Source: Paraphysomonas bandaiensis
Taxonomy: Eukaryota > Protista > Chrysophyceae
NCBI GenBank assembly: GCA_965644295.1
Contig: CBFFRP010000257.1
Coordinates: 1-52,077 of the forward strand
Direction: 5' to 3'
DNA length: 52,077 nucleotides
Positions 24,228-36,654 of this stretch are shown here, piece by piece. The notes below the pieces were generated by a model. That model made no database searches and was not told the DNA's origin. It worked only from the letters and a program-made list of their open reading frames with translations. Every line of letters begins with the position of its first letter. Position 1 is the first letter of the stretch. Made by a program: the position numbers and the translations under genes.

Positions 24228-27200
24228 ATGGAGAAGACTGAGTATGGACTCTTATACGACGGAGCCGATCGTCCTACCAAGAAACAACGATATGGCGTCC
24301 TGGCTCTGATATTTATCATGCTTATTTTGATCATTCTTCTTTTTATTCTGTACGCGAATGATGATGACGACAACAGCAAGAAGGTGCGACGTGTTTAATG
24401 AACTGAACGACAGTGTGTGTAATGATAGCGTGGTCCTTCTTGTTAGGTGTACATCGCAGACACGATATCATCTGTGAACGCAGAGCAAGCTATTTCAGCT
24501 TCTGCTATAGGGTATGCGCTGTCATTGACAGGAACTGGAAAATCAATTCTTGGGGGCGGAACATCTGTCTATAAAGATGTTACCATTATGTCTACTTTAT
24601 GCCCAAAGTTCGTCAATATTGATTCCATATTTGAGGATTCATTTGTATCTACTGCGGCAGATACAACAAAAGGTTGGGGCCTGTAAATATACACAAATAA
24701 ATGATGTATTGTAATGGTGTATTGTATCTCTTACCTTCGATATCAAGGTTTATGTAGTATTTCATGGACTTACAGAATATATGTATGCAGGAACTACGAC
24801 AGTTAGTCTTCTCTCTTCAACTTCTCCGAAAGATGTGTCTCTCAGTTCATCTGCTGATTTTGATGGGGATGTGTATGACATAGCTACCTTGGATGCAGCG
24901 AATGGCGTATTCGCCATGATCAATCAAGATGTTAGCCAGACTGAAGATGATGCCACAATTGCTGCAGGTTGAACATGACTCTAGATATAGAAGAGATGAG
25001 TTACATATATGGCATATTAATATTCACATTGCAATGAGGAAACGTGATGTCATAGTGCAATCGTGCTGATAACTGCCATCCATTTTCTGAGCAATGATTT
25101 TGACAATGATATATGGTGAAAATTGTTTTGCGTGGTGTAGTTCGTGTGTATGTTATTAGGTTTTCTGAACTGTGCATTGCAATGAGGAAACGTGATGTCA
25201 TAGTGCAATCGTGCTGATAACTGCCATCCATTTTCTGAGCAATGATTTTGACAATGATATATGGTGAAAATTGTTTTGCGTGGTGTAGTTCGTGTATATG
25301 TTATTAGGTTTTCTGAACTGTGCATTGCAATGAGGAAACGTGATGTCATAGTGCAATCGTGCTGATAACTGCCATCCATTTTCTGAGCAATGATTTTGAC
25401 AATGATATATGGTGAAAATTGTTTTGCGTGGTGTAGTTCGTGTATATGTTATTAGGTTTTCTGAACTGTGCATTGCAATGAGGAAACGTGATGTCATAGT
25501 GCAATCGTGCTGATAACTGCCATCCATTTTCTGAGCAATGATTTTGACAATGATATATGATGAAAATTGTTTTGCGTGGTGTAGTTCGTGTATATGTTAT
25601 TAGGTTTTCTGAACTGTGCATTGCAATGAGGAAACGTGATGTCATAGTGCAATCGTGCTGATAACTGCCATCCATTTTCTGAGCAATATAGAGTCTGTTG
25701 TGCGTTCTGTGGTACCGGCATCGTCACTGTTGCTGATATGTTTTCTATTTAGGGGTTGTGTCAACTGATGGCACAATTACGTTCGGGACCCCGGCTGTGT
25801 ATGGGGGCGTTTATTCACTCTCTCCCGCCATCACCCGTCTTTCGGACAATTCATTTGCGGTGTGTTACTTCGATAACACAGATGCTGGTGCGCCAGTTGC
25901 TATCACAAGATATGGTAAGTCTCATTACCTACGTGATAGTTATGCACGAATCGCGTATCTACATATAGTTAAGGGCAAATATTTTACAGCTCTGGATATA
26001 TATAATTTTTCTTTGCATGTGTATATATCTGCGTCTGTTCCACTAAACTCTATCCACAGGTGTCGTGGACAGTGCCACTCTTGCTGTGTCCCTTTCTCCT
26101 GAGGTTGTATTTGCGGATAATACTCAGTATGGTGTGCACTTTACCGTCGTCGGTCTCTCAGCTACGTCGTACGTTATAGGATATTATAATGGCACTCAAT
26201 TTAGTGACGAAAATGTTGCATATGGTCCGTTACAAGTAATGTCGGTCAATATAGACGGCGCCATTGATGGTGAAACTGAAGCCAATGGAAATGTTGTTTT
26301 GGGCAACCCCAGTACATTAGATATCAAAGTAGCTTTTGACATTGCTTCTGCTCGCGTGAGCGAAACTTCAGCGATTTTGACATATGCGGAGATGTCTTCT
26401 AATTTTGGAATCACCTCTACACTCGTATCACTTGATAGCGATGGGTCCGTTTCTTTCGGGTCATCTTTAGCTATGACTTCGGGAAGAGCAATATATTATG
26501 TTCAAAATGGCTTGTTAATGGATCTCGATGTAGTGGTAATGGGAAACTCTGAAAGTGGCTCGAATGGAGCATCTGCAAAATTTGCAGTGATGTATAGTGA
26601 CATCACGAATAACGGAAAATTGACCACTACTGTAGGAATGGTACGTCAATATTGTCGTAGCAATGTACATGCATTTTATCATGAGCTAAATATACTGCTG
26701 TGTGTATATAGATCACACGATCTGCAGAACTTATCCGTGCATCCCCGGATTTCATCTTAAACTCTGGCAACGCTGACCCGGATACCATGTACACATGGGC
26801 GGCTCTTGCACCATCCGCTGCTTCCACCGCAACGGATGGGACAGTTGCACTAATTTCGGCCATAACACCAATGACATGCAATGCTGTGGACGTAACTGTC
26901 AGGTAATTACATCTATTGAGTAAAATGCAAAAAATCCTACTACAGAACGCCTCAGCCAATTACAGCACCCTCAGTCTTGATGTGGTGCTATATATATTAT
27001 TGACGTGTTTAACGATGCACGATGTGTTGTGCGATACATGTGGCTAATGATTGAGTACGACCTGAGACGCTGAAGTATGGTGTCGATAATTGTGTTATTA
27101 TACGAATGAAGCCACGTTATCTCTTGTTCTGACCAATTTATGTTGATATATATGAAGGTGCATGTTGTGTTGTGCGATACATGTGGCTAATGATTGAGTA

Positions 27201-28476
27201 CGACCTGAGACGCTGAAGTATGGTGTCGATAATTGTGTTATTATACGAATGAAGCCACGTTATCTCTTGTTCTGACCAATTTATGTTGATATATATGAAG
27301 GTGCATGTTGTGTTGTGCGATACATGTGGCTAATGATTGAGTACGACCTGAGACGCTGAAGTATGGTGTCGATAATTGTGTTATTATACGAATGAAGCCA
27401 CGTTATCTCTTGTTCTGACCAATTTATGTTGATATATATGAAGGTGCATGTTGTGTTGTGCGATACATGTGGCTAATGATTGAGTACGACCTGAGACGCT
27501 GAAGTATGGTGTCGATAATTGTGTTATTATACGAATGAAGCCACGTTATCTCTTGTTCTGACCAATTTATGTTGATATATATGAAGGTGCATGTTGTGTT
27601 GTGCGATACATGTGGCTAATGATTGAGTACGACCTGAGACGCTGAAGTATGGTGTCGATAATTGTGTTATTATACGAATGAAGCCACGTTATCTCTTGTT
27701 CTGACCAATTTATGTTGATATATATGAAGGTGCATGTTGTGTTGTGCGATACATGTGGCTAATGATTGAGTACGACCTGAGACGCTGAAGTATGGTGTCG
27801 ATAATTGTGTTATTATACGAATGAAGCCACGTTATCTCTTGTTCCGACCAATTTATGTTGATATATGTGAAGGTGCATGTTGTGTTGTGCGATACATGTG
27901 GCTAATGATTGAGTACGACCTGAGACGCTGAAGTATGGTGTCGATAATTGTGTTATTATACGAATGAAGCCACGTTATCTCTTGTTCCGACCAATTTATG
28001 TTGATATATGTGAAGGTGCATGTTGTGTTGTGCGATACATGTGGCTAATGATTGAGTACGACCTGAGACGCTGAAGTATGGTGTCGATAATTGTGTTATT
28101 ATACGAATGAAGCCATGTTATTACTGACATTCCATAATTGTTTGATGGTTGTTGTTGTATTACATTCAGGTTATCGGTCATGGATATTTTGCCTGCACCA
28201 GTTGGATTGGTCTACTCGAGCACCGATTCCCAGAAAAAGGGCGATGTAATTTTTTCTGGCACTATGAGTGGATATTCTAATCTTGTCACTGGAGCGATGT
28301 ATTACACCAATACGTTAGGAGAAATTCTTGGAGGAGATTTGTACTATGGCTCACCTACCGGAGTATATGATTCATATTATGAGCATTCATCCAGCAATAC
28401 ACTTCTGGATGCTTCGACTTCACTGGTTGGCATTGCCATCAGCCCTGATACTTTGCTCCTGAAGATGCACGGTTAG
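24228..28476 (+). CDS. Type II membrane protein (~604 aa, 7 exons) with beta-rich repeats; host gene of the two intronic arrays
   Basis: Exons 24228-24383, 24447-24672, 24776-24967, 25753-25914, 26060-26640, 26712-26902, 28170-28476 give one open frame. N-terminal TM segment GVLALIFIMLILIILLFILYA. Confidence 0.8.
25028..25687 (+). ncRNA. Tandem array of 5 putative box C/D snoRNAs (68 nt each, 148-bp period) in intron 3
   Basis: Units start at 25028, 25176, 25324, 25472, 25620. Each has terminal stem ATTGC/GCAAT, C box ATGAGGA and D box CTGA preceded by GCCATCCATTTT, complementary to the conserved LSU rRNA segment GAAAAUGGAUGGC (recalled, not searched). Confidence 0.8.
27040..28116 (+). ncRNA. 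Tandem array of 8 putative box C/D snoRNAs (76 nt each, 143-bp period) in intron 6
   Basis: Units start at 27040+143n up to 28041. Each has terminal stem GTGGCT/AGCCAC, C-like ATGATTG, guide TGAGTACGAC + D' CTGA (complementary to LSU rRNA GGUCGUACUCA, recalled) and D-like ATGA. Boxes are less canonical than in the first array. Confidence 0.62.
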
Positions 28477-28879
28477 CGGGATATAATTAGCAACTTATAT
28501 AGTATTAGTAAACGTGGGGTTGAGAGGAAAGTTGGAATCACTTCTCATAAAATAATGTTGCAGTCAACTGTCAACATTGGAATTATTTAGTGAGTACCTT
28601 TGCATACTTTGAAATGAAGTTTTTTTGCTGGCTGCTTACTACACACTGGAAATGAAATTTGATATCGCCTATAATGTAACTATTTTACAAGTTTTGGTTA
28701 CATAATAACCTCTGAATACCTGAATTACGCTTAACATTACAAATCGAGTGGGGATATACTATACATGTCTTTGGACAAGGATTTATTTTCAGAATAGTGG
28801 GTTTAGTAATCATGCGATCTTAATGACTAGTACCTAGTAGTAATACGGTATCTACGCAAGTGTTTAATTGCTGAATAAC

Positions 28880-28998
28880 GATACTGCACTATATTGCAAT
28901 AGTATTGTTGGGCCGGCTTAAAAACTTCATCAATATTATTGGTGAGGTACTATCTGACTACAGTATTGCAATATGCAATATATTGTTCCCTAGCCCTG
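28880..28998. mobile_element. Partial copy of the hAT-type MITE at 31024-31156
   Basis: Shares internal sequence (GTATTGTTGG..TTAAAA..CTTCATCAATA) and the right TIR CAATATATTGTTCCCTAGCCCTG. Confidence 0.65.
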
Positions 28999-29069
28999 AT
29001 ATTCTCCTGGCCTTGACATTATATGTCTCACGCGTCTTGGGGTGACAAAGCTACTAATATTGACTAGTA

Positions 29070-29538
29070 GTGAATGTGTGATTATTAGCTAAAGGCGTGT
29101 CAGCGTCAGATCTAATGTAGCATTGAAAATCTATCAAACTAGTGGCTAACTCTGATATCCTACTATTTACCGCTACGAAAGCTGCTTGTTGGTCACCGCA
29201 AGCAAAAAGCACTAAGGTGCAACCAGTTTTGCTCTCTGTTCTTATGATGAATAGCCCGGACGCTTGACTTCAACAGGCAGCCCAATCCCCCGGATGCCCT
29301 TGAGGTGTTTGAGGTGGGTCCATTTCAGGATGCCTGCCCATTCGTCAGACCCAAAGACGTCTACGCAAGTGACACTCATATTTTAGTGTCCCTTGTACCA
29401 CACAAGCACTTGGCTATGAGTGGGCAGAACAATATCTGCTGACTATATAATATGCGGCTCACGTTAGTTTCCCGGAGAGATATCTCCAGTACTTATCCCC
29501 AGAACACCTTGAAAAGGTGCTAGTCCGACTTTGTTGAG
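29070..29538 (-). mobile_element. SINE-like copy G
   Basis: Both conserved termini are present; short internal variant. Confidence 0.88.
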
Positions 29539-29760
29539 GACCTAGCAATATATTTTAACCCCCACTGTTGGGTCGAGTTGCAAGATAGTTATATTGTTAC
29601 TTTAGAAATGCATAATATTATTATTCTAATCATAATTCATATTTTTCTAAGATGGGATAACTACTGTATTTTAGGAATGGCACTGCACATTAAAGTGTAG
29701 CCGTTATAAATCAAATGTAATTGGTATTATTTGCAGTGCATAATTGTAGTTAGTAGTTCC

Positions 29761-29976
29761 CTCAACAAAGTCGGACTTGCACCTTTTTGTGGTGTTCTGA
29801 AGTTTGTCTACAAGAATCCGGTCTGTTTGATTTAAGGACAGAGAGTGAAAGTGGTTGCACCTTGGTGCTTGCAGCAACGCACATTCAGCCTCCATAGCGT
29901 TAAATAGTAGTTTAGTACTAGATAGATTTCTGTTTTGTTTAAACTCTTACAAGCCTATATTGCTAATAATCAGATA
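29761..29976 (+). mobile_element. SINE-like copy H (large internal deletion)
   Basis: 5' CTCAACAAAGTCGGAC joined to the 3' part TTAAGGACAGAGAG..GCGTTAAATAGTAG..TTGCTAATAAT. Confidence 0.75.
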
Positions 29977-29998
29977 TTATATCATATATATATAGAGA

Positions 29999-30730
29999 GA
30001 GACTACCCCCCGCCAAAAGAACAATTTAGACCCCCAAACCCACCAAACAAATGACACAACTCTAATAACGCCAACACTACCCTTCAAGCGTTCTCTACAG
30101 TGCTAACCTATAAGTTTCTCACTTCGGACCCGACGATGCCTCAGCCGAGAATCACAGCTGGGCGAATGACCACTTCTTCTCCCCCCATGCAAACCCCAAC
30201 GTAGACGACTCCGTCAGCTCTATTTACGTCCAACTTATACACAGCAGTCAGCGGCTCTCCGAGACTCTAAAGATTCTACGCCTCTACCTCGCACCATCTC
30301 CTTCTTGGAACACTATCCTCCCATCTACATAACTCTGACCCTCCATTAAACATCGCGGACCTCTACCCCAAAGGGCGTTCTCCTGAATAATCGCACCGAC
30401 ACTGAAGGGCTACATGTCCGTGTACAGCTCTCACACTTACTTAAGGACTCAAAAGTCCTGAAGTCAGCAGATGTCAAGTATATAAACATTCCGCTTGCTC
30501 ACTGCGTTTACTTTGGGCGATAGAGCAAAAGTGGTTGCACCTTAAGCAGCTTTCGTAGCGTTAAATAGTTAGTTAAATTGAAACTCTACATTAGTTCTGA
30601 CTCTTAACGCCTATTGCTAATAATAAAACATTCACTACATACATATATAGACTACCCCCACCAAAAGAACAATTTAGACCCCAAACCCAACAAACAAACG
30701 GCACAACTCAAATAACACCAACACTACCCT
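29999..30730 (+). repeat. ~80-bp direct repeat (29999-30082 and 30649-30730), each copy following a SINE-like 3' end
   Basis: AGACTACCCCC..CCAAAAGAACAATTTAGACCCC..AACACTACCCT occurs twice. Confidence 0.8.
30440..30635 (+). mobile_element. SINE-like copy I (3' half)
   Basis: CTTAAGGACTCAAAAGTCCTGAAGTCAGCAG...GCCTATTGCTAATAATAAAACATTCAC. Confidence 0.8.
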
Positions 30731-31023
30731 ACATGCTCTCAGCACAGCTACTCCAAATATTGCCATCTAAATCCAAGCCCTAGCGTATTCTGTGTTTTGA
30801 AATAATGCGGGCTCCAGGCTCCCATAGTTATCTAAACCGCTTAGCACCCACATAGCTATTTTTCAGTACAATATAGAATATAGTATAGCACCAGGTGTGT
30901 TAGGTCCCATATACTCGTACTCATGTTTCGTTAGAAATCTGGCTATAGCCTGGCAAATCCATATCAAACACGTAATGAAGCCCATTGTTTTGATAACAGT
31001 AATGAGTCCAACATAGTTGATAT

Positions 31024-31156
31024 CAGGGCTAGGAAACAATATATTGAATTGCAATATATTGTAATTGTATTGTTGGACCTGTTTAAAATCTTCATCAATA
31101 GTATTGTTGGAACGCTCTCTAGCAATAGTATTGCAATATATTATTTACTAGCCCTG
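31024..31156. mobile_element. hAT-type MITE (133 bp) with a perfect 8-bp TSD
   Basis: 23-bp TIRs CAGGGCTAG(G/T)AAA(C/T)AATATATTG. TSD GTTGATAT at 31016-31023 and 31157-31164. CAGGG ends with an 8-bp TSD are typical of hAT. Confidence 0.92.
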
Positions 31157-33658
31157 GTTGATATTATATATCTTGACTGCGTTTGCCATACATCTCGACA
31201 TAAACACCACCGCGTTACACCACATCTCGTAATGAACAACTAATGCATTCTACAGCCACCAAAAGCCATCGACTTCTGTATTACAGAAACTAAGTACTTT
31301 TTGAACGCTAATATGCACAGATTTATTACAACATTGAGTTCTCAATGAACGACCTTCAGACAGGTCAATTGTAACAGAAACTATTGCAGTGAAAAGTAGT
31401 TCTGCAGCCTCAGATAGAACGACGAAGACGTCTTTAGCTAGTTTTACTACACAACTAATCGTTAACATTCTATTTTCTTAGTCACTGCTAATGTTGATCC
31501 TAGCAAAGGGAACTAAGAAATATTTCTTGATCGAGGATTATCGATAAAAGATAGATCATTCCTTCGATGTTGAATATAAGAGGTCTGGGAATACATCAAC
31601 TTTATTCACACTCAAAGAGAACTTCACAACGTGACATTTTCTATCTTGAAAATTAATCTGACCAGATATCGCTATTCCCCTACTGAAAATCGTCTACAGT
31701 ACTAGCCTTTGCAAATTTAACATTAATAAGACCACAAGTGTGAAGGGAGGATCACTGCAGGTCGGAGGGAACGAAGAATCCTCACCTACTCCGACCACAT
31801 TTTCTATGTATACACCTACTCATACCTAATCGATGTTGAATGTCACATATATATCTGCCTACTAATGCCAGAAATGTCTTATACGTACTTTAAATGTCGC
31901 ACATCTCATTTCAATAGCCATTGTTACTTCCTTCGCACACCACAGCGCTACATTAGAATGTACGGAGCTATATTCGGTCGAATATACAAAAAAATTCTCT
32001 TCATTGCGCTGAATACAATCTCATTAGTGCATCCACGCTAGCTATAGTTTTCGAAGACTTGAAGCGTTCAGTCCCCCACTTGATAAATTCGTCTCGATAT
32101 ATCCCATCATCAATATCTCTCGAAAACTACAACGCATTAGCAACGATAGTTATAGAGAATAAGACTTTATTTCTACAAATTAGTACCTTAACAAACAAAG
32201 CAGTAGATATTGAATCGGCAAGTGCTTGAATTTCCTCGCGCCCGTTAGCCAGGTCGATGGGTGACATGTGTTTCTCCGATATGCCCCACAGTCTAAAGAG
32301 CTCAAAAACTTAAACACAGCAATTCCATGCACAATAAACAGTACCGTTTCAAGGCTTCTAATGTCACTTCAACACATAGTCCGACATCTTCTTTCCCGAT
32401 TTCATTAACTCCGACAGTTTTAAATATATCTGCTCTTGAGTTAGCGCAGATTGATAAGACATTGTATGGAAGTCAAAAGTACCGAATATATATCCCAAAC
32501 GCACGCTCCACTCAGTATCACAGAGTAAGACAATACACATTAATACTTCCTGACTGCTGCATCTGTAACATTTCAAAAATATTAGAATCAACTTTTACGA
32601 CGGACTCACATATCGTCCTGTTCGAAAATGCTCCACAGAGTAGAAGACAGCGTGTTTATATCAGCCAAATGGCCTCGCAAACCCTGACAAGAGCTCATAA
32701 AGAACTATAAATAATAGATATAATATACCGTGTTTAGTAAAGAAATGAGCTCCGATTTAACCACAACGGGCGCAAAGTAGTGGTTCGTGTAGGCATTAAC
32801 AAGACTCTCAACGGCAGAGCTTTTCAATCGTAAAACACTTCTATCGATCGACTGCAGCGCAATTAAAACATCAGAGGCTAACGGTGCAGCTTATGGACCT
32901 TATCCTTTAATGTCGACTCATCTGAGAATGTGACCCCCATCAGACCCTTCGCCTCAACAGATATACAGAAAGATAGACAGACAACTGTAGACAGAGCAGA
33001 ACTATACCCTACACAACCAATCCATTCATAGATAATGAACTATGACGCTAGAATCAATGAAAGTGCGGTCATTAACGATCTCAGTATCTCACCGCAAAGT
33101 CTCATCAGTTGAGAGTTGGAACAATGGACTCCACCTACTGTATTTGGTGCACTACACTGTACTGTGTACATACGAAACTGAACCGGAAAATACAACTCCG
33201 ACTACAGCAGTATTCCTACATGGACGTACTTATACTGTACTACGTATACCAGTACAAGTACAGCAGTACGTCAATGTCCAGCACGCACAGCAGAAGTGAT
33301 GTACAGTGTATAGTGCTGTGGGTATGTACAGTATACCGTAGGCTATACCTCTGTACATATAGCTACATACATGTACAGAGTATCTGACACTGTTTTTGAA
33401 TGTGTTTTTGAACGTTGAGTTTAACTACTCGAACTGTTGTACGTAGGAAGTGGTACACGCTGTACACATGATAGATATGATACTGTACTCCCGCTGCACT
33501 GCCTCTGTATTATAGTAGTATATGAAGCGGTTGCTTTGTTTCTTTCACTGGTATGGGTGTGGAGCCTTAACAAGAGTGACGATATATATTACAGCTGAGA
33601 TATGATCTGAATTCTCATTCTTCTCGTGTTAGTGATACTAAGTTGCTAGTTGTTTGCG

Positions 33659-36311
33659 ATGTTTTCTTCTGGTGGTGATTCATTAGTGCAGAGGCTGCAT
33701 ATATCAAGAGACATATTCAGGAAAGTGTCTCATCAACAAGTGAGATACTTAAATGATTTATTGGATCGACCATTCCCTGCCTTACTAGAAGCTGTGTCAA
33801 AGTTCCCCTCAGAGAAACTCACCAGTGAGCTCGGGTACTATGGCATACCTCTACACGCCGGGGAGTACCCCTTCTCATCGTTGGAACAGTTTCTGCAAGA
33901 TATAGTGCCGAACTGGAGTCGATCGTCTGGTGAACGAATGAGAGTACTGCGTGCGATATCCAGGTACCAGCCGTTGTCTTGTTATATTAAGTTAATACTA
34001 TTCATGTTTGTCCTCAGGAATGAAGCAACTCAAATTGTTAGTATCCCCCTCTTTATTGGGCTATGGAGAGGTCTAGAACATAACAAGCAGTCATCTGAAC
34101 CATCGCAAACCGAATTGGCTGTAAATCGAAGCCGTCAAATTGTAGAAATGCGATTTATTGACGTTCATTTTATATATGCCTTGATTGGTAATCGCTTGCC
34201 GTCAGTGATCCAGAAAGAAGTGTTATTTATGCGCTGGGAAGAACTGCGCCGGGCAATGACCAACGTTGATATTAGGCTTTCAGAAAATGTATTTCTTATT
34301 TTTCAGAAGTCTCTTGTTGATAGTGGGATATATCTTCCTTGTCCGGAGAATAAAGTCAACCTTTATGTTCTACTTAGAGTGGCAGAGTATTTTCGAAACC
34401 GCGAAGAACAAGTAGCAATTCCCCCTGCTGTAGAAGAGGAACATAGTAGTACCCCATCATCAGCAATACGTTGTATAAATGCCCTAACTCCGAAATGGTT
34501 GCATGTTATGGAACGATTGAGTGAAGGACAAGGTTCCCAGCGCACCATGGTTTCGTACGATAGGTTTGTGCGCGCAGTAAAAGATGTGGGTGGGACAGTA
34601 ATGTCTTCTCGTGATCTACTTGACTTTTGGGTATATCTTGTCAAGCACAGCGATGCCACTCCCCGATTAGACACAGCTGGATCGGTTAACTTCTCAGATG
34701 TGGCCTTGCCGCTGTCCGCCATTGATGCTGTAATGTCACCCCCGGAATCCAATTACTCCTCACTCTCTGCCTTAATGAGGGATGAGTATCATCCACATGT
34801 TGCAAAGCTCTACGCTGATAATCCAAATAAACAGGATCACCTCACTTCATTACTAATTTCTCCTGCAGTTGCGAGCACTGAACATTATAGCCCAAATATG
34901 CGGACAATGAATAGTTTTCCTTGGCAAAAGAATGAGGCCGATGCAGTCAGCAACGTGAAAATTCGAGTACTCTCTGGCCTCAAGCGTGCAGGTAGAATAC
35001 TATCACATTTTAGTGTAATGTCTGCGTCTACTTATACTGTTTATATATATGAACGGCGTAGTATGAATCATTTACATTAAGTTAACGTATATTTAAATAT
35101 ATGCAGGGGCGGATAAGCAGACGGCATTTGCTCATGCTTTATTTTCCAGCGAACGGAAATTCGATAACACTGCACTTCCTCGAGGCGTCCTTCTCGAAGC
35201 CTTTGCTTCTGCTGGAATTCATCTAAACCGCTCTGATGCTCAAGACATATGGGAAGAAGCGAATTGTACCCTTCCGGCCCCACTGAAGGCCAAAGATTTG
35301 CTACGGTGGCTGGAACTTGGCCATGTTCAGCCACCTCCAATGCAGGACACTACAGCTTCGCCGAATGGCCGCCAAAACGGTACTCGAAAGGGTAGTTCCC
35401 TTGCTGAGCTTGCTGGTGTACAAAACAAGCGATTTGTAACTCACCACGCGCCGGCGTGGGCCTCTCCTAGAAGTGATATCGCCGTATCTCGTAGCGGATA
35501 CGATGACCATTACACACCTGGAAGAGATGCCCCACCGTCAGATTCACTTCCGAATTACAGTCCATCTTATGATCTGGGAGTAACTGGTGATTCTCTGGTT
35601 CCAGATAGCGTTTCCGCTGACATTAGCGATCGCGCAGATTCAGTTCCTTCCATCGATGTGATTGAGGCCATGGAAGTGATTCTTCGCAACCGTGCCCGGC
35701 TTGCCTACGAGTTTCGCACTTTGGGGATGGGTTCTGGAATCGTAAAAAGTTCTTCTCTGATACCGTTGCTGAGGAAAACACCGTACTGCATCCAACTAAT
35801 CGAAAGTGACATGGCAGTGTTGCTGAGTAAAATGGCAGGTTGCAGTGAACCGGAAGATCCGTTTACTGTTTACTTACGTTTCAACGATTCTATTGCCAAT
35901 TTAGAGGTCGAAGTACAGAAATATCGCTCGGCTAACTTGGACTCTAAAATTCAGGGCATTCAGCGCAAGTTGGAGCTGAGCCGACAAATATGCGGAAACC
36001 GTGATTCTTTATGTGGTCACGCTCAACTACTTCGCCAACGCCTGAAGAATTCACGACAACGTGGACATGTGGTCACCTGGGATGGCGTTCCTGATGTATG
36101 TTCTCCTCACGAATTCATGACACTTATGAACAGTATCGATGTGCATTTTACACTGGAGGAAACTGAGCTTATTTATAATAGGTTACGCCTTCAATCACTT
36201 CAGGCGAAGAGGCATTGTGGATATGATAATGACGCTGAGTCAATAGGATGCCAAATAGAACATGGATTTTCACTGGGAGATGCAATTGCTTTCCTTGCAT
36301 CGTTGCTGTAA
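33659..36311 (+). CDS. Hypothetical protein (possibly degenerate EF-hand-like helical repeats)
   Basis: Intron 34992-35106 joins ORFs 33650 and 35298 in frame. A probable in-frame 54-nt intron lies at 33964-34017. No recognisable family. Confidence 0.75.
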
Positions 36312-36555
36312 TGGATCTCAACGTACAGTGTGCATGTGTATGTGCTGCGTTCATGAGGAAGATATTACTAGTTATTGTGGTAGAATACGAAGCAATAATG
36401 TGATTGAAATTAGAAGCTATTTTTGAAAGTTAAAATTTAGCAATACACACAATTCGTTGGCAATTTGGACTGCAAGTAAATGAATTGATAAGATAATATA
36501 TATTGTTTTCCTTGTCGTAAATGTGAAGTTACGTACTGGTTGTCGGTAAATGCAA

Positions 36556-36654
36556 TTGGGATCTATTATTGAACCTAGTCAATTTAGTGTAATTTCCTAG
36601 GCACACCAAAAAGAGTGTAAAAATCTAATCAAGGGGTTGAAAATCTAGTCATTA
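36556..36654 (+). mobile_element. Terminus of an AT-rich TIR-element family with ACCTAGTC subterminal motifs
   Basis: TTGGGATCTATTATTGAACCTAGTCAATTT..CACCAAAAAGAGTGTAAA..GTTGAAAATCTAGT; inverted homologue at 42745-42840. Confidence 0.65.

Noticed and set aside
25096-25175. A second snoRNA in the spacer of the 148-bp array (ATG(G/A)TGA...CTGA)
   Set aside because: The C box is perfect in only one of four spacers, the terminal stem is weak and I recognise no rRNA complement. Left unresolved.
25001-28181. Arrays as CRISPR-like loci, or the repeated minus-strand 'MDGSYQHD' ORFs as genes
   Set aside because: Spacers are identical rather than unique, there are no cas genes, and the context is a eukaryotic intron. 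The ORFs simply follow the repeat period.
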